In this document: positions 49,309-62,470 of the stretch, in pieces
Position numbering within the stretch: position 1 is the stretch's first letter
How the letters are laid out: each line of letters opens with the position of its first letter
DNA from: Raja brachyura
Taxonomy: Eukaryota
Assembly (NCBI GenBank): GCA_963514005.1
Contig: OY740807.1
Location: forward strand, 29,140,001-29,204,000
Reading direction: 5' to 3'
Length of the DNA: 64,000 nucleotides
Notes under the pieces: model-generated
What the model was told of the DNA's origin: nothing
The model's database searches: none
The model's input: the letters and a program-made list of their open reading frames with translations, nothing else
Position numbers and translations under genes: made by a program

Positions 49309-50516
49309 CAGGGTTTCTGCCGACTTTGTCCTAAAAAAGCCCCCTGGTGCTGGGGTGGTTGGTAACGGGGTGGAGCTGGAGGGTAGGTCCTCGTAGAGGT
49401 GCTGGCAGACCCTCGTGGTCGAACAAGCGGAGCTTTCGAGCCCGACGGCGTGGGGGCACCGTGAGGGCGCATGAGTCTCACCGTTTTGGCTTGTTCGTCA
49501 AGCTCTTTGACCCTCTTAGAGAGATCCTCGCCAAAGAGCTGACGGGGCAGCGGCGGCGGCGGTTTGCACAACCCTGCAAACTTAGGGTTGAGCGCCGGGC
49601 GGATGCTGCTTTTGCGGAACCCATTGATTTCATGTTGAGTTGCGCACAATAGAGCCAGAACATCCTCCTGGTCCAAATTTAAGTCATCCCCATCAACCGA
49701 CCGCACAAAGGCGGTAATACCGGCCGTGAGGAGCTTCAGGATCCGCTGAATTTTCAGCTCCTGTTGACGGATAGCCGCACTGATGTTGCCCCATATCGGC
49801 GTATTGACCACAGGCACGTTGAGGGAGTTGCAGTTGGATGGAGCCTTGTGACGGCTCATGGCCTGAATGAGAACCTCCTCCTGGAGCTGATGGTTGTTGA
49901 GGAAGTCCACTGTGGCTGCCAATTTCGAGTTGAGGGGAAGCCCAGACGAGTGTGGGGCCGCGAACTTAGTGGCCACATCGAGAAGGCCCTCCGCTGGTAA
50001 ATCGGACGGAGGTGGGATGGGATCGACCAAAACCTCCTCTTCCTGCTGCTCCAGGCTGATGGTGGAAGTTGGTGAAACAGCCCTGTGCCTGTCGCTGCTG
50101 GACGCTTGCTGCTGTTGACCGTGAAGCAGGAGCTCCAGCAGCCGCTCCATCCGGTCAATACGCCCTTCACCCTGAACACTCAGGTGGTCGGAGTCCTCCG
50201 GCTCTGAAAAATGGCCGGGGCCCCTATCATCGGCCCGCACCTCATCGAGGCCCACCCGGTGCCGGTAGTCGTCGCTAGCAGCCGCCGAAGCGAAACTGCG
50301 CGATTCCTGCGCGGGCGTGTTCAACTGCCTCCGTTTAGCAGGAGCGGACGCCACTGCCACTAAGGACACTTGCGGCGTGATGTCGGCACCAGCCGCAGCC
50401 TGGATACCCGATGCCCGCGCAGGCTTGCCGGCAGCCCACGTCGTGGACCTCGCCGACGCATGGTCTCGCCCACCCATCCATGGGGGGCTCAGCGACCGCG
50501 ACGAGACCCGACCCAA
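49230..50516 (-). CDS. DIRS gag-like ORF
   Basis: 428-aa ORF overlapping pol; PSNC..LNVPVVNTPIW, IRPALNPKFAGLCK, LFGEDLSKRVKEL, mirrored by LFGGDLAKRVKEL in copy 2; start uncertain. Confidence 0.8.
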   Translation of the reverse strand: MGRVSSRSLSPPWMGGRDHASARSTTWAAGKPARASGIQAAAGADITPQVSLVAVASAPAKRRQLNTPAQESRSFASAAASDDYRHRVGLDEVRADDRGPGHFSEPEDSDHLSVQGEGRIDRMERLLELLLHGQQQQASSSDRHRAVSPTSTISLEQQEEEVLVDPIPPPSDLPAEGLLDVATKFAAPHSSGLPLNSKLAATVDFLNNHQLQEEVLIQAMSRHKAPSNCNSLNVPVVNTPIWGNISAAIRQQELKIQRILKLLTAGITAFVRSVDGDDLNLDQEDVLALLCATQHEINGFRKSSIRPALNPKFAGLCKPPPPLPRQLFGEDLSKRVKELDEQAKTVRLMRPHGAPTPSGSKAPLVRPRGSASTSTRTYPPAPPRYQPPQHQGAFLGQSRQKPWWKMRTPCPQANPAPPRPPTRVKDRR

Positions 50517-51234
50517 CCAACCCGTCCCGGCGTCGAGAGTTGGGGGGGCGTCGACTGGACCTCACAGCCGCCCCGGGTCCCGCCCTGGAACCTGACCGCT
50601 CCTCGGCGGCAGGTAAAGCCTTAGCCCCAACAGGGTTAGACTTCCGGGTTCCTGCCCTTCCCCTTCTCGGAGGGCTGGGTGAAAAGGGCCGTGCAGCCAC
50701 ACGCACCCTTCTGCTCGAGGCCGCCAGCAAGCCTGCTGACGACCTGACTGCCATGGCAGGATCCTCCTGCTCTGGCGGCACACCACACTCCTCCTCGTCG
50801 AACTCCTCCGAGCTGTGGTGTGCTGGCGGATCCGGACCTGTAAACACAGGGCTCACCGACATTTCCGCCCCTGTCCCGGCCTGCGCTGCAGGTACCGCCG
50901 ATATCACTGGACTGTTGACCGGCGACCTCGTCCAGACGTTCTCCGGCCTTTAAAGCTCCCATCCATGTCCTTGCTGTGAAAACAAAACACAACAAGAACC
51001 ACCAACTTAAGGTAGGATACTTACCTCAGTGGTTCCCTTATGAAGGGCTGGCGAGGAGCGCGCTCCACCGCCAGCCGTCGCAGCAACGCGATACGACGAT
51101 ATGTCGAGCATGCGCGCCGGCGGACTCTTCACGAAGTCACTCACGTGACTCCGAAATGAAATCAGCTACAACTATGCATTTAGACAAACACTGAAATAGA
51201 CAAGACAATAGACAAGACGTGGAAGGATACAAGA

Positions 51235-51790
51235 TCATAAGGCCATAAGAAATAGTAGAATTTCGGCCAATCGGCCCAAGTCAACTCCGCCATTCAATCA
51301 TGGCTGATCTAGCTCTCCCTCCTAACCCCATTCTCCTGCCTTCTCCCCATAACCTCTGACACCTGTACTAATCAAGAATCTATCTATCTTTACCTTAAAA
51401 ATATCCAGTGACTTGACCTCTGCAGCATTCTGTGGCAAATAATTCCATAGATTCACCACCCTCTGACTAAATAAATTTCTCCTCATCTCTTTCCTGAAAG
51501 AATATCCTTTAATTCTGAGGCTATGACCTCTAGTTCTAGACTCTCTCACTAATGGAAACATCCTCTCCATGTCCATTCTGTTCAAACATTTCACTATTCA
51601 TGTACGTTTCAATGAGGTTCCTCCTCATTCTTCTAAACTCCAGCGCGTACAGGCCCAGGGCCAACAAACGCTCATCATAGGTTTACCTACTCATTCCTGG
51701 GACCATTCTGTAGTCCTCCTCTGGTCCATCTCCAGAACCAGCACATCCTTCCTTAGATATGGTGCCCAAAATTGCTCACGATGTAAGCAA
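51235..51790 (-). mobile_element. CR1 3' fragment
   Basis: ORF 51322..51594 RTRGHSLRIKG..FSQRVVNLWN. Confidence 0.85.
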
Positions 51791-52654
51791 TACTCACAAT
51801 ACAATATAATCCAATTGGGATTGGTGTAGATGGGCAAAACAGTTGGGATAACACTATCATTTAGCAATATTGGATGAATTCAAAACAGCTCTTGAAACTC
51901 AGACCTGGCATTGGGTGGCACAGTGGTACAGCGATAGAGTTGCTGCCTTACACACCAGAGACCTGGGTTCGATCCTGACTACAGGTGCTGTCTGATTCAC
52001 CTTCTGACACAACAAGATCTTTCCATCACCTACAAATTTACAATGTTTATATTTTTTCATATTTATCATTATTATAAATAAATATATCACAAATTACAAA
52101 TTTACAATGTCGTATCTTGCACTAAATATTGCTTAATTTATCCTTTATCTGTGCATTGAGTGAATTTAGGGCTGACTAGACTCAGAAAGTTTGACTTCTT
52201 CCAGAACAAATCATATTTTCCATCACCCATCCTAAATATTTAAGTTGCCGGCTATTATTAGACAAGACTTTCAATGTGCAACCTTTACAAAATGCACTGT
52301 GTTTTCTGTTCTAAATCACTTCTTTATCCCTTCTCAATCTTGTGATATTGTAATGATCTACACTGGGAACATTTTAATCACCCACGAGAACCTTGAGTTC
52401 ATGATCATATTGTTGCAAATACCCTCTAGTGGATGTGGTAAAAACAATTGCTCAGAGCTCTGCATATTAAAACCGCTGAAACTTGTGTTAATTTTACAAG
52501 ATGTTTGCATATCATAAAATTTGCCTTTACAATGGTTAGTATTGAGACTGAAAGTTGCTTCCAGAACTAACTGTTGCATGCCTCTTATAAGCATTGCGAT
52601 CCTTTTTTTTGAACCTAGATTACTGAGGCTGAATTGAACTTGGATAATTCTGTT

Positions 52655-52780
52655 TATGAAGAAGGGTCCCCACCCAAATCGTCACCTATCCATGTTCTTC
52701 ATGGATGCTGTTGGATCTACTGAGGTGCTCCAGCACTTAGAGTGTTTTCTGTAAACCAGCATCTGTAGTTCCTTGTTTCT
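52655..52780 (+). mobile_element. Old Penelope terminal-repeat relic
   Basis: tgaagaagggtccccacccaaatcgtcacctatccatgttc...aaaccagcatctgtagttccttgtttct. Confidence 0.65.
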
Positions 52781-53483
52781 TATAGCTCTAATTCTGCGGT
52801 GATGTGGTGTAACACAATTCAAGATCACCACTTTTGTGATTTCACATTTTTTCAAATGTTCTGTCAGCACATGGATTGAATAGAAAGGATGGGTTCATTT
52901 TTGCAGGGAGAGGAGATTAGCGTAACTGGGCATTATATGTGGCACGGATATCATGGGCTGAAATTTCTGTCCTGTTCTACTGTAGGTCCTACGTCCTTGT
53001 TCTCAATTGTAGATCGACATAAATGTATAATAACCTAATTGCAGCAAATCATTTGAAGTGTCATTCTAGCTGAGCAGCTGTTAAAGGTCTCGCCATTCAT
53101 TCTAAATTTATATATCAGTGCTGTGTGATGAGGAATTTAAGCGACATTGGCAAGATGATATAGAGTAGTTCAAGGAGTCAGCCGCTCTCCGTCCTATCTG
53201 CACTGGTGATAAGATCAATGTGGTGAGGATATGTTATTAGAATGAGAAATGGTGAAAGTGAAGCGAGGCTGCTGAAGGTTCCAGGTCAAGGATCCAATGT
53301 GATACGCTGGATTGGGCATCCAGAAATAAAGCTAGTTTAAACTGATATCAAGAGCGTGAGGAAACGGTCTGTTTCAGTTGGTCCTAGGAAAAGCTGCGAA
53401 AGCCAATTATTCACCAAAAGGAGGAATTTTGCTTCTTCAAAGAACTACTTGTTTGTTTGAAGATGCTTTACTTCTGTGGAGAA

Positions 53484-54790
53484 GACATAGATATAGACAT
53501 GGTAAATAGGTGCAGGAGTAGGCCATTTGGCCCTTCGTGCCAGCACCGCCATTCAATATGATCAAAGGTAATCATCTAAAATCAGTACCCCGTTCCTGCT
53601 TTTTCCCCATATACCTTGATTCCTTTAGACGTAAGAGCTAAATCTAACTCTCTCTTGAAAACATCCAATGAATTGGCCTCCACCACCTTCTGTGGATGAG
53701 AATTCCATAGATCCACAACTCTCTGGGTTAAAAGGTTTTTACTTATCTCAGTCCTAAATGGCCTACCCCTTATTCTTAAACTGTGACTCCTGGTTCTGGA
53801 CTCCCACAGCATCGGGAAATTTTTTCCTGCATCTAGCTTGACCAATCCTTTAAAATTTAATGTTTCTATAAGATTCCCTCTCATCCTCCTAAATTCCGAT
53901 GAATACAAGTACAGTTGACCAATTTGTTCATCATATATCAGTCCCACCATCCCGGGAATTAACCAATGAACTTACGCTGCACTCCCTCAATAGCAATAAT
54001 GTCCTTCCTCAAATTAGGAGAACAAAACTGCACAGAATACTCCAGGTGCGGTCTCACCAGGGCCCTGTACAATTGCAGTAGGACCTCCTTGCTCCTAAAC
54101 TCAAATCCTCTCGCAATGAAGGCCAACATGCCATTTGCTTTCTTCACTGTACCTGCATGCTGTACCTCCATGCTTACTTTCAGTGACTGATGTACAAGCA
54201 CACCCTAGTCTTGTTACACCTCCTCTTTTCCTAATCTGACATTATTCAGATAATAATCAACCTTCCTGTTCTTGCCACCAAAGTGGATAACCTCGCATTT
54301 ATCCACATTATACTGCATCTGCCATGCATCTGCCCATTCACCCAAACTATCCAAGTCACCCTGCGGCCTCATAGCACCCTCCTCACAGCAGACACTGACA
54401 CCCAGCTTTGTGTTATCCGCAAAATTGGAGATGCCACATTTAACTCCCTCATCTAAATCGTTAATATAGATCGTAAATAACTGGGGTGTCAGTACTGAGC
54501 CTTGCGACACCCCACTGGTCACCACTTGCATTCTGAAAAGGACCAATTAATTTCTACTCTTTGCTTCCAGTTCTCTATCCATATCAATATCCTACCAACA
54601 ATACCATTGTGTGGGACCTTGTCAAAGGCTTTTTGAAAGTCCAGATACACCACATCCACTGGCTCCCCCTTATCCATTCTACATGTTACATCCTCAGAAA
54701 TTCCAGAAGATTAGTCAAGAAATATTTTTTCCTTCATAAATCCATGCTGATTTTGACGATCCAGTTAAAGCTTTCCAAATGCCCGCCATG
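53484..54790 (-). mobile_element. HER1/CR1 LINE fragment
   Basis: ORFs 53582..53950, 53959..54201 and 54214..54546 are successive RT pieces. Confidence 0.88.
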
Positions 54791-54879
54791 ACAAACAAAA
54801 GATTGGGGAGGAGTCGAAGAGTTGAAGAGCCTGGAGGCAAGAATCATTACATTGGCCTGCACCAATTGTTGCTGCAGTG

Positions 54880-55928
54880 ACGGTAGATAGTGCATTATGG
54901 TTGTACAAGGCGTTGGAGCGGCTTAGTTTATTGTGTTCGGTTTTAGTTACCGTGCCTTAGAAAAGATGGCATTAAGCTGGAAAATATGCAAAGAAGATTT
55001 ATGATGTTGCCAGACTTGAGGGCCTGAGGTATTGGGAGAGACTGAACAGGTAGGACTTTATTCCTTGCAGTGCAGAGGTTTAATGGGTGATCTTATAGAG
55101 GTGTATAAAATCATGAGAGTAGAATATACAGTGAATGCACACCAATGGGAATCAAGGACAAGGGTATAGGTTTACGGAGAGAGTGGAAAGATTTAATGGG
55201 AACATGAGGGGCAATTTCTTCAAACAGAGGGTGGTGTGTTTATCGAATGAGCTGTCAGAGGACATACTTGAGTCAGAAACAATAATAGCATTTAAAAGAC
55301 ATTTGGACGGGTACATAGATCAGAAAGGTTTAGAGGGAAAAGGGCCAAATGCAGGTAAATAGGAATAGCTCAGATGATGCATTTTGGTCCACACGGATGA
55401 CTTGGGCTCTAGGCCCTATTTTTGTGCTGTATGACTCTCTGACTCTACTATCTCACGCATCTCATTATTTTATAGACTGCACTTCTATAAGATTGACCCT
55501 CAGAATCCAACATTCCAGAAAAAGCAATCCAAGCTGGCAAATCTCTTCTGCATCCTTGCCCAAGCACCAACATCCTTCCTGTAATGTGCCAACCAGAACT
55601 GCACATGGTAGTTCAAATGCAGCCTAACCAAAGTTTAATAAAACCACAACATTACTTCATGACTCTTATACTCCATGCCTTGACTGATGAGAGTAAACAT
55701 ACAATATGCCTTATTTACCACTCTATCTAATTGTGTTTCAGGGAGTTATGTACTTGGATTCCAAGATCCCTCTGCACTTCAATGCTGTAAAGGGTCCTGT
55801 CATTAACTATATACATGCCCCTTACATTCGTCCTTCCAAAATGCAACACCTCACGCTTGCTCAGATTAAACTCAATCTGTCATTTCTCCATCCACATCTG
55901 TAACTGATCTATATCCTGCTGTGTCCTT
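54880..55928. mobile_element. Old CR1 fragments (+ about 54880-55440; - about 55470-55928, resuming after 60627)
   Basis: FNGNMRGNFFKQRVV on the + strand; decayed - strand ORF2 split by DIRS copy 2. Confidence 0.7.
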
Positions 55929-58900
55929 TAAAATAGAAAGATTAAATGAGAACTTACCAGTTTGAAGTTTGATCTTTATTTTATGAAGAGTTACGATGAG
56001 GGATTACGTGAAGAACCCCGTACAGCCGTTGGTGCGTCAATCATCAAAGCAGCGGAGTGAAATCACAGGTAATAATGACTGAAGTATAATAGTAAGATAA
56101 CAGAGACTAGAACTACCAGATGATATTTATGAGGGTTGGGAGCGGTGGGCACGTAATCCCTCATCGTAACTCATAAAATAAAGATCAAACTTCAAACTGG
56201 TAAGTTCTCGTTTAATCTTACTGTTTTACTTCATGAAGATTTCAAAGCTCTGTGATTTCATGCCGCAGACCCTAATCCAGCGTTCACACTGCATTGATTG
56301 ACTCAAAAGTTGTTAATAATCAATAATGCATCAATCATAACATTGTCAAATGAATAACGGTTTATTTACAAACAAAACAATAACAACCCCTCCAACTCAG
56401 GGGGAAACTATAACAGAACTCAAAACAGAATCAGCAAACACACCCAGCCTTGTAATCGGCTTATGATAAAACATTTTGGAAGGTCAGCTCACTGGACCAT
56501 CCTGCGACCGCGAGGATATGGCCTATAGGCACGTCCATCGCCCTTGCCGTGGAAGTTGATGCCGCCCTGGTGGAATGAGATTTGAATTTATTAGTATCAA
56601 TCCCAGCACTTCCCAGAACCTGCTTTAGCCACCTTGAAATTGTTTACACCGACACCTCACTGTGTGTTTTTTTTTGTGGCTAATAAATAATGCAGAGCCT
56701 GTTCCTCGTAGGACTCTGGTGGCCTCAATGTAACAAGACAAATGTGATACTACACCAGGCGAGCATCTGTGGGGTATGCTGAAAACACAATCTTACATCC
56801 TGTCATGCCTATTCTACTATGTTTGAGCAAATCAGAGACATAAAAAGTAATGACATCTGCCGATACCTGCATTCTGTCTAGCCGTAGCGTTTGCAATGTT
56901 TGCATACGTTGGGCTGATACCAACGCCACAAGCATGACTACCTTCATGGTTAGTTTGGCTAGAATTAGGCTTGCAACAGGAGCCCACTGGCAAAGAAGCA
57001 TAAGAACTTCACTCACATTCCAAATACCGGCATATCTGGGTTTAGGAGGATTAGAATTGAAAACTCCCTTCATAAATTGAGAAACTAACGGATGTGTCCC
57101 TACTGAATGTAACTGTGAACTCATGGATAAATAAGAAGGCAGAGCACTTCTGGCTGTATTAATCGCACTACAGCTTAATTTTTGATCAAAATAAAGGGTG
57201 GACAAGAACTCCAGTACGTCTGGGATTCCTGCAGTTTGATATGAGATATTCTGCTGTAGACAGAATACCTACCACTTCCTTATTGAGGTGATGTACTGCT
57301 TCTGAGTACTATCCCTGCAGGCCGACATGAGAACATCCATGGTACGATCAGACAGTCCTCTCCCCAGGTATGGCCTCCTTAAAATCTGCAAATTAACAGA
57401 TCAATACGAATTATGTAAAGATGTTGATCGCCAGTTACTGGATTTACCAGTAGATGTTTATGTTTGGGAATAATCATGTGAGGCTGACTAGCCATTTGCA
57501 ATATGAGAGGGAACCATGGTTGTGTAGGCCAATCTGACACTACCAATACTCCTGAAGTGGAGTCCTGCTTGATCTTTTGCAAGCATCGACTGATGAGACA
57601 GAATGGAGGAAATGCATAAACAAACATTCCACCCCAATGCAGCGAGAATGCATCCACTGCTGCACCAGGATCTGCTTCCCATGAAACGTATCTGGACAAC
57701 TGATGGTTTAATCTAGATGCAAACAAGTCAATATCTGGCATTCCATACTGAGCAACCACTTTATTAAATATGGCCTGATTTAACATCCATTCTATGTTAT
57801 CATTGAATTGGCATGACCTAATGTCAGCTACTGTGTTGAATCTACCTGGTAAATATATTGCTGATAGCCAGATGTTTTGGTCAATGCACCTGCCCCAGAT
57901 CTGATTAGCCAGTCTATCACAAGACTGTGACTTGACTCCACCCATGTGGTTTACATATGCCACTGCTGTAGTGTTGTCAATCTGAACCTGCATATGCAAG
58001 TCACTCCTGGCATAGCAATAAGCTTTAAGCCCATACAAGGTTCCCAAACGCTCTAAATAATTGAGCCCTCTTAATTGAAGAAGGGATGTCTCACCAGTAT
58101 TCCATCTGCCTCCACAACTGGAAGACATATCTGTAGCACCCCAACCCAGCACACTAACATCCATCTGTAATATTATGGAAGGTGGTTCAACCAAAACCTC
58201 CCTGGAGTTTTTTGAGAAATTTATGATCCACCATTGAATGTCTGAAATTGCCCCAGCTGACAATTGCATAGGCCTATCAAAATGACCTGCATGTGTCCTC
58301 AGTGCCTGTTCTTTTGCTCATTGTAATTATTGATAATGCAGAGGTCCAAACTGCACAGCTGGAAAAGCAGCCACCAATTTACCAATTAAACTGGCTACTT
58401 ATCTGATTGAAGGTCGTTGTTCACTAAGGAGATCAACACAATCCTCAATTAACTGCTGCCATTTGTCCCTAGGCAAAGTCACTAACATGTGATCCGAATT
58501 AATAGTAAAGCCCAAATAATCAATGATTTGAACTGGTGATCATTTGGATTTATCTGGATGAATGACGAACCCTAATTGTTCAAAAGTGAGTTGAACAATT
58601 GAAACAGATGATTCAGCTACAGCCCAGTCTTCCCAACAATTAAAATATCATTTAAATAGGCCATTACAACATGCCCCTGAGCTCGGAGTAATCCTAGAAC
58701 AGGTTTTAACAATTTAGTAAATAATCTAGGAGCTGAAGTTAACCCATTAGGCAATGCTTTGAATTGCCACAACTAACTCATCCAGATACATTTTAAATAC
58801 CTCCTATCATCACCATGAATAGACACCGAGTAATATGCATCCTTTATATCAAAGCTGGCCATATAACACCCTTTGGAAACCAGATGTTTAGCCGTAGAAA

Positions 58901-60627
58901 AAGTTTCCATTTTGAAATGCCTATAGCAAACAAAGGAGTTCAAGCTCGTCAGGTCCAGAATGATTCTACATCCCCCAGTTTTTTTAGACCTAGGAAAAAT
59001 AATTGACACAAACTGACAGTTAAGTTCTGCTTGTATGAACACATTCTCTTCTTCTGAAAATACAAGTTTCCGACTTGGAACATGCTGATTAGGTGGACAC
59101 CCAGTAGAGTAAAATTCAATTTTTACCCCCTCTATTCTGCTAAGTATAAATGTATCTGATGTTATCTCCTGCCATTGTTTGAGAAACAAATGTAATCTGC
59201 ACCCAATTTGAACATCTATTCACTTGATTCATTCTCTTTAAGAGGAAAATCTCTCACCTGCATATGTCCTGCTGCCCTTGTTGTCCCCGGCCCTTTGCAG
59301 GGAAAGTCATCCTTCCCCTCACGCCTGTGGCAGGCTGCCAGCTCCGAGACTGCGAAGCTGAGTGGCTGGTCCCTTCCCCGGCATCTGAACTGGTACCCCA
59401 CCGGTAAGGAAAACCCCTCTTTCCTAGTTTGCCACCCGGCTTGATTAGGCCCATAGTTTTAGCGTCCTCGTGGAGCTCTTTAACTCGCTTGGCAAGATCC
59501 CCTCCAAATAAAAGATTAGCCGGTTGTACGCTGGGCGGTTTACACAATGATGCCAGATTAGGATTAATAACTGGTCGAATAGCACCGTCTTATATTGTTG
59601 ATTTCAAAATAAGCACTACACAGAAGTTCCAGTGCATCTTGATGAGCTTCCGACATATGTCCCTTGTCTACTGTAATAGCAAATGTCGTGAGCCCTGCTG
59701 AAAGTAATTTCAATACCTTTTGGAATTTTAATTCTGGGGCTCTTGATGAATCCCCAACTGTGTCCATGTGAGATGGTTTACCATAGGTACCTTTAGTAAA
59801 CCACAATTAATAGGGGCTTCATACTTTTTAGCCGCTTCATCCATGCCCAATTCTTGCAGCTGATGAGAGAGCATATATTGGATGGCTGATGCCAATTGTT
59901 CCCCTAATGGCTCTCCTGCCTCTCTCGGGACTGCAAATTTCTCTGCTATATTTGCGATAATTTCAAGTTCCACTCCCTTGTGGCTCTCCCCAGCCACAGA
60001 CTCGGCATCAGTAAAGTACCCTCCTCCTCAAAGGTAGGGAATTCTTGCAGCCCTATTATAGGCGCTGCTAGCACAGGCTCTCCACTAGCCTAGCATGGGC
60101 ACCACTCCTCCTCACCGAGTTCGTCCCTGTCGAGCATCTTCTGCAATAAGACCTCGACCTGGGAAAGCCGTGAGCAAACGGTCTCTCCTTTTGAGGATAA
60201 AACCTCCAGGCCCGACTCTGGGTCCACGGGCCTATTTGATTTTACGGTAGCCTTACGCCCTACCGGCATGGCTACGCTGCTCACAGGCAGCGGGTCCGGT
60301 GACGCTAGCTCCATTGCTGACGTTGGACTTGGTGTCCTAGGCGGGCGTCTGCTAACAATACTATCATGATCGTCGACCCTTTTCCCTGCGGATCGCCTCG
60401 CTGACACCTTCTTCACTTTCTGTAACATTTTAACGGTGCATACTCTACCGCTGAAACAGAAAATGAACGCTAGAGAAGTTTGAAACGTACCTTATGTTTT
60501 AAACTTACCGCTTGGAGGAGCTCTGCTGCTCCAACCGGCCAACTGCACCAATGCGTCAGACGTAATGACGCACCAACGGCTGTACGGGGTTCTTCACGTA
60601 GTCACTCACGTGACTACGAAGTAAAAT
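55929..60627 (-). mobile_element. Full-length decayed DIRS1-like retrotransposon, copy 2 (different family)
   Basis: ITRs acgtgaagaaccccgtacagccgttggtgcgtca (about 56006-56039) and its inverse (about 60566-60599); ICR about 56150-56240; fragmented YR (56750..57205), RNaseH-MT (57379..58269), RT (58773..59189) and gag (59254-60428). Confidence 0.93.
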
Positions 60628-62243
60628 CCCACAAAATGCACAACACCACATTTTTTGCATTGTCAGTAGACTCACTGATCAACCCATCTACGTGTTGATC
60701 CAAGTAACCACAGTATTTGTGTTGCAGGTCCCATTGAGATGCTGACCAATGGATATTGACAATGGAGAACTCGATGATAATAATCATTGAATATCAAGGA
60801 TGGATCATTAGATTCTGTCTTGTTGGAAAGAGTCATTGCATGGCACAATTGCAAAATGAATACTGATTGCCTCTTAACAATCCACGCTGCATGTCTCTAG
60901 GTCTTGCTGAACGCAGGTATGAACATTTGCTATGGATTTTTCATGGCATTTATTATTGTGCATTTATGAGAGAAAATCCCTATTTCTAATCTGATGACAA
61001 AAGGAAGGTGACTGATGAAGCAGTTGAAGATATTTGAGCAGATGAAACAAGACACAGACACTGTGTTGATATCCCTAAAACTCCAACTACCACTCCAAAC
61101 TTTCGATGCGCAATGTATAACTCCAACTGTTGGAATGTTTTGCCTTTGTTGCCCTTGGTTTCAGTTTTACCAGGAGGCATTCTGTCAAATGCTGCCTTGA
61201 TATCAAAAGCAGTCACTTTTACTTCACCTCTGAAATTAACCTCTTTGGTATATGCTCAGAATAAGGCTGCGGTGAGACCTGTATAAATGTGGTCCTTGGC
61301 ATAACCAAAACTGACCTTTAGGTGAGCACATTATTAGACATTAAATGGTTCTCAATATTAATGTCAATGGCACCTTCCATCACTTTTGCTGATGACTAAA
61401 TATAAATTCGGATGCAAGGTCACTGACCTGACCATTGACTCCGTTTCACTTTCTAAGGATGCCGCCTGATCTATTGACGGTTTCCATCATTAACTGTTTT
61501 GTCCCATAATTTGGTTCCTGATCATATCTACAATTTTCGCTTGTACACCATCACAATACTTCATCCCAACAATAGCTCACCTGCTGCTGAAATTAACATT
61601 TTAATGTGCTTCAATGGGCCTCTTGGTCTCACTGCCCTCATCTGCCCAACCAGCCCCCTCCACAAGATAATGATCATCTTGCCGCCTTCAAGCCATGAAG
61701 CATATACATTTATTGGTGGGTTCCTCTAATCTACGTTTTTTTTTTTTGCTTAAATTTGCTTACGTGATAGATTTGCTGATCCACTGGATTGTGTTTCTGG
61801 CCACCTGGGACAGGTAACCTTTGCTCATCTGCCAGTGCTTCCTTTCTATGGCAAAAATTATAAACATACAGTAATACCTCTAGCAAACAAGGTCTATGTC
61901 ACTGACTTGATACATTGCTCCAGAGAGGACTGGCTGCTTCGGCAAAAGTCTTTGAGGGTACATTGGAAGTAAAAACGTAATATTGCAGACACCTTTACTT
62001 CCATAGGCTGAACTGCCCAGCAGTAGAAAATACCTAGACAGCACACTTGACCGCACTGTGGTGACATATTTAAAAAAAATCATGAACAATTTAATTAATG
62101 ACCACCACACAATAAGAATGTCTTCTGACCTGATAGATAATAAATTAATACAAATATCTTTAAATCCATTAAAGCATATTTGAAGTCCAATTTCTTTTGC
62201 AATGAAGGAAACCGTAAATCTGTTAACATTAAATTGTTGGCTC

Positions 62244-62470
62244 TTAGTGGTCTGAGAAACGACTACTGGAGTTTTCAACAGATCTTTATTCAAAAGTTCG
62301 ATATTCAGTATACAGGTTCTTCAGACACATCTGCCCACAATGGTGGTCAGCGCTGAACTAACTTGCCCAAGTGAAAAACCGTGCGAAACAAGCAGCCCCT
62401 CCAGAGTCACGTGACCGCGGCTTCCGAACGCCGGGTTCGATCTCTGCGTGCACTAGCAGGAGCGGCTACA
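62244..62470 (-). mobile_element. Short solo LTR-like element
   Basis: 5-bp direct repeat ggctc at 62239-62243 and 62471-62475; TGTA start on the - strand; AATAAA on the - strand at 62285-62290; CpG-rich. The other terminus is imperfect. Confidence 0.6.

Larger units (their letters stand above)
45843..51162 (-). mobile_element. Full-length DIRS1-like tyrosine-recombinase retrotransposon, copy 1
   Basis: ITRs about 45917-45950 and 51101-51134; ICR about 46066-46178 complementary to both ends; gag, RT, RNaseH-methyltransferase and YR ORFs; inserted in a CR1 fragment. Confidence 0.95.

Noticed and set aside
49347-50953. Many overlapping + strand ORFs
   Set aside because: GC-rich antisense of DIRS gag; no recognisable domains.
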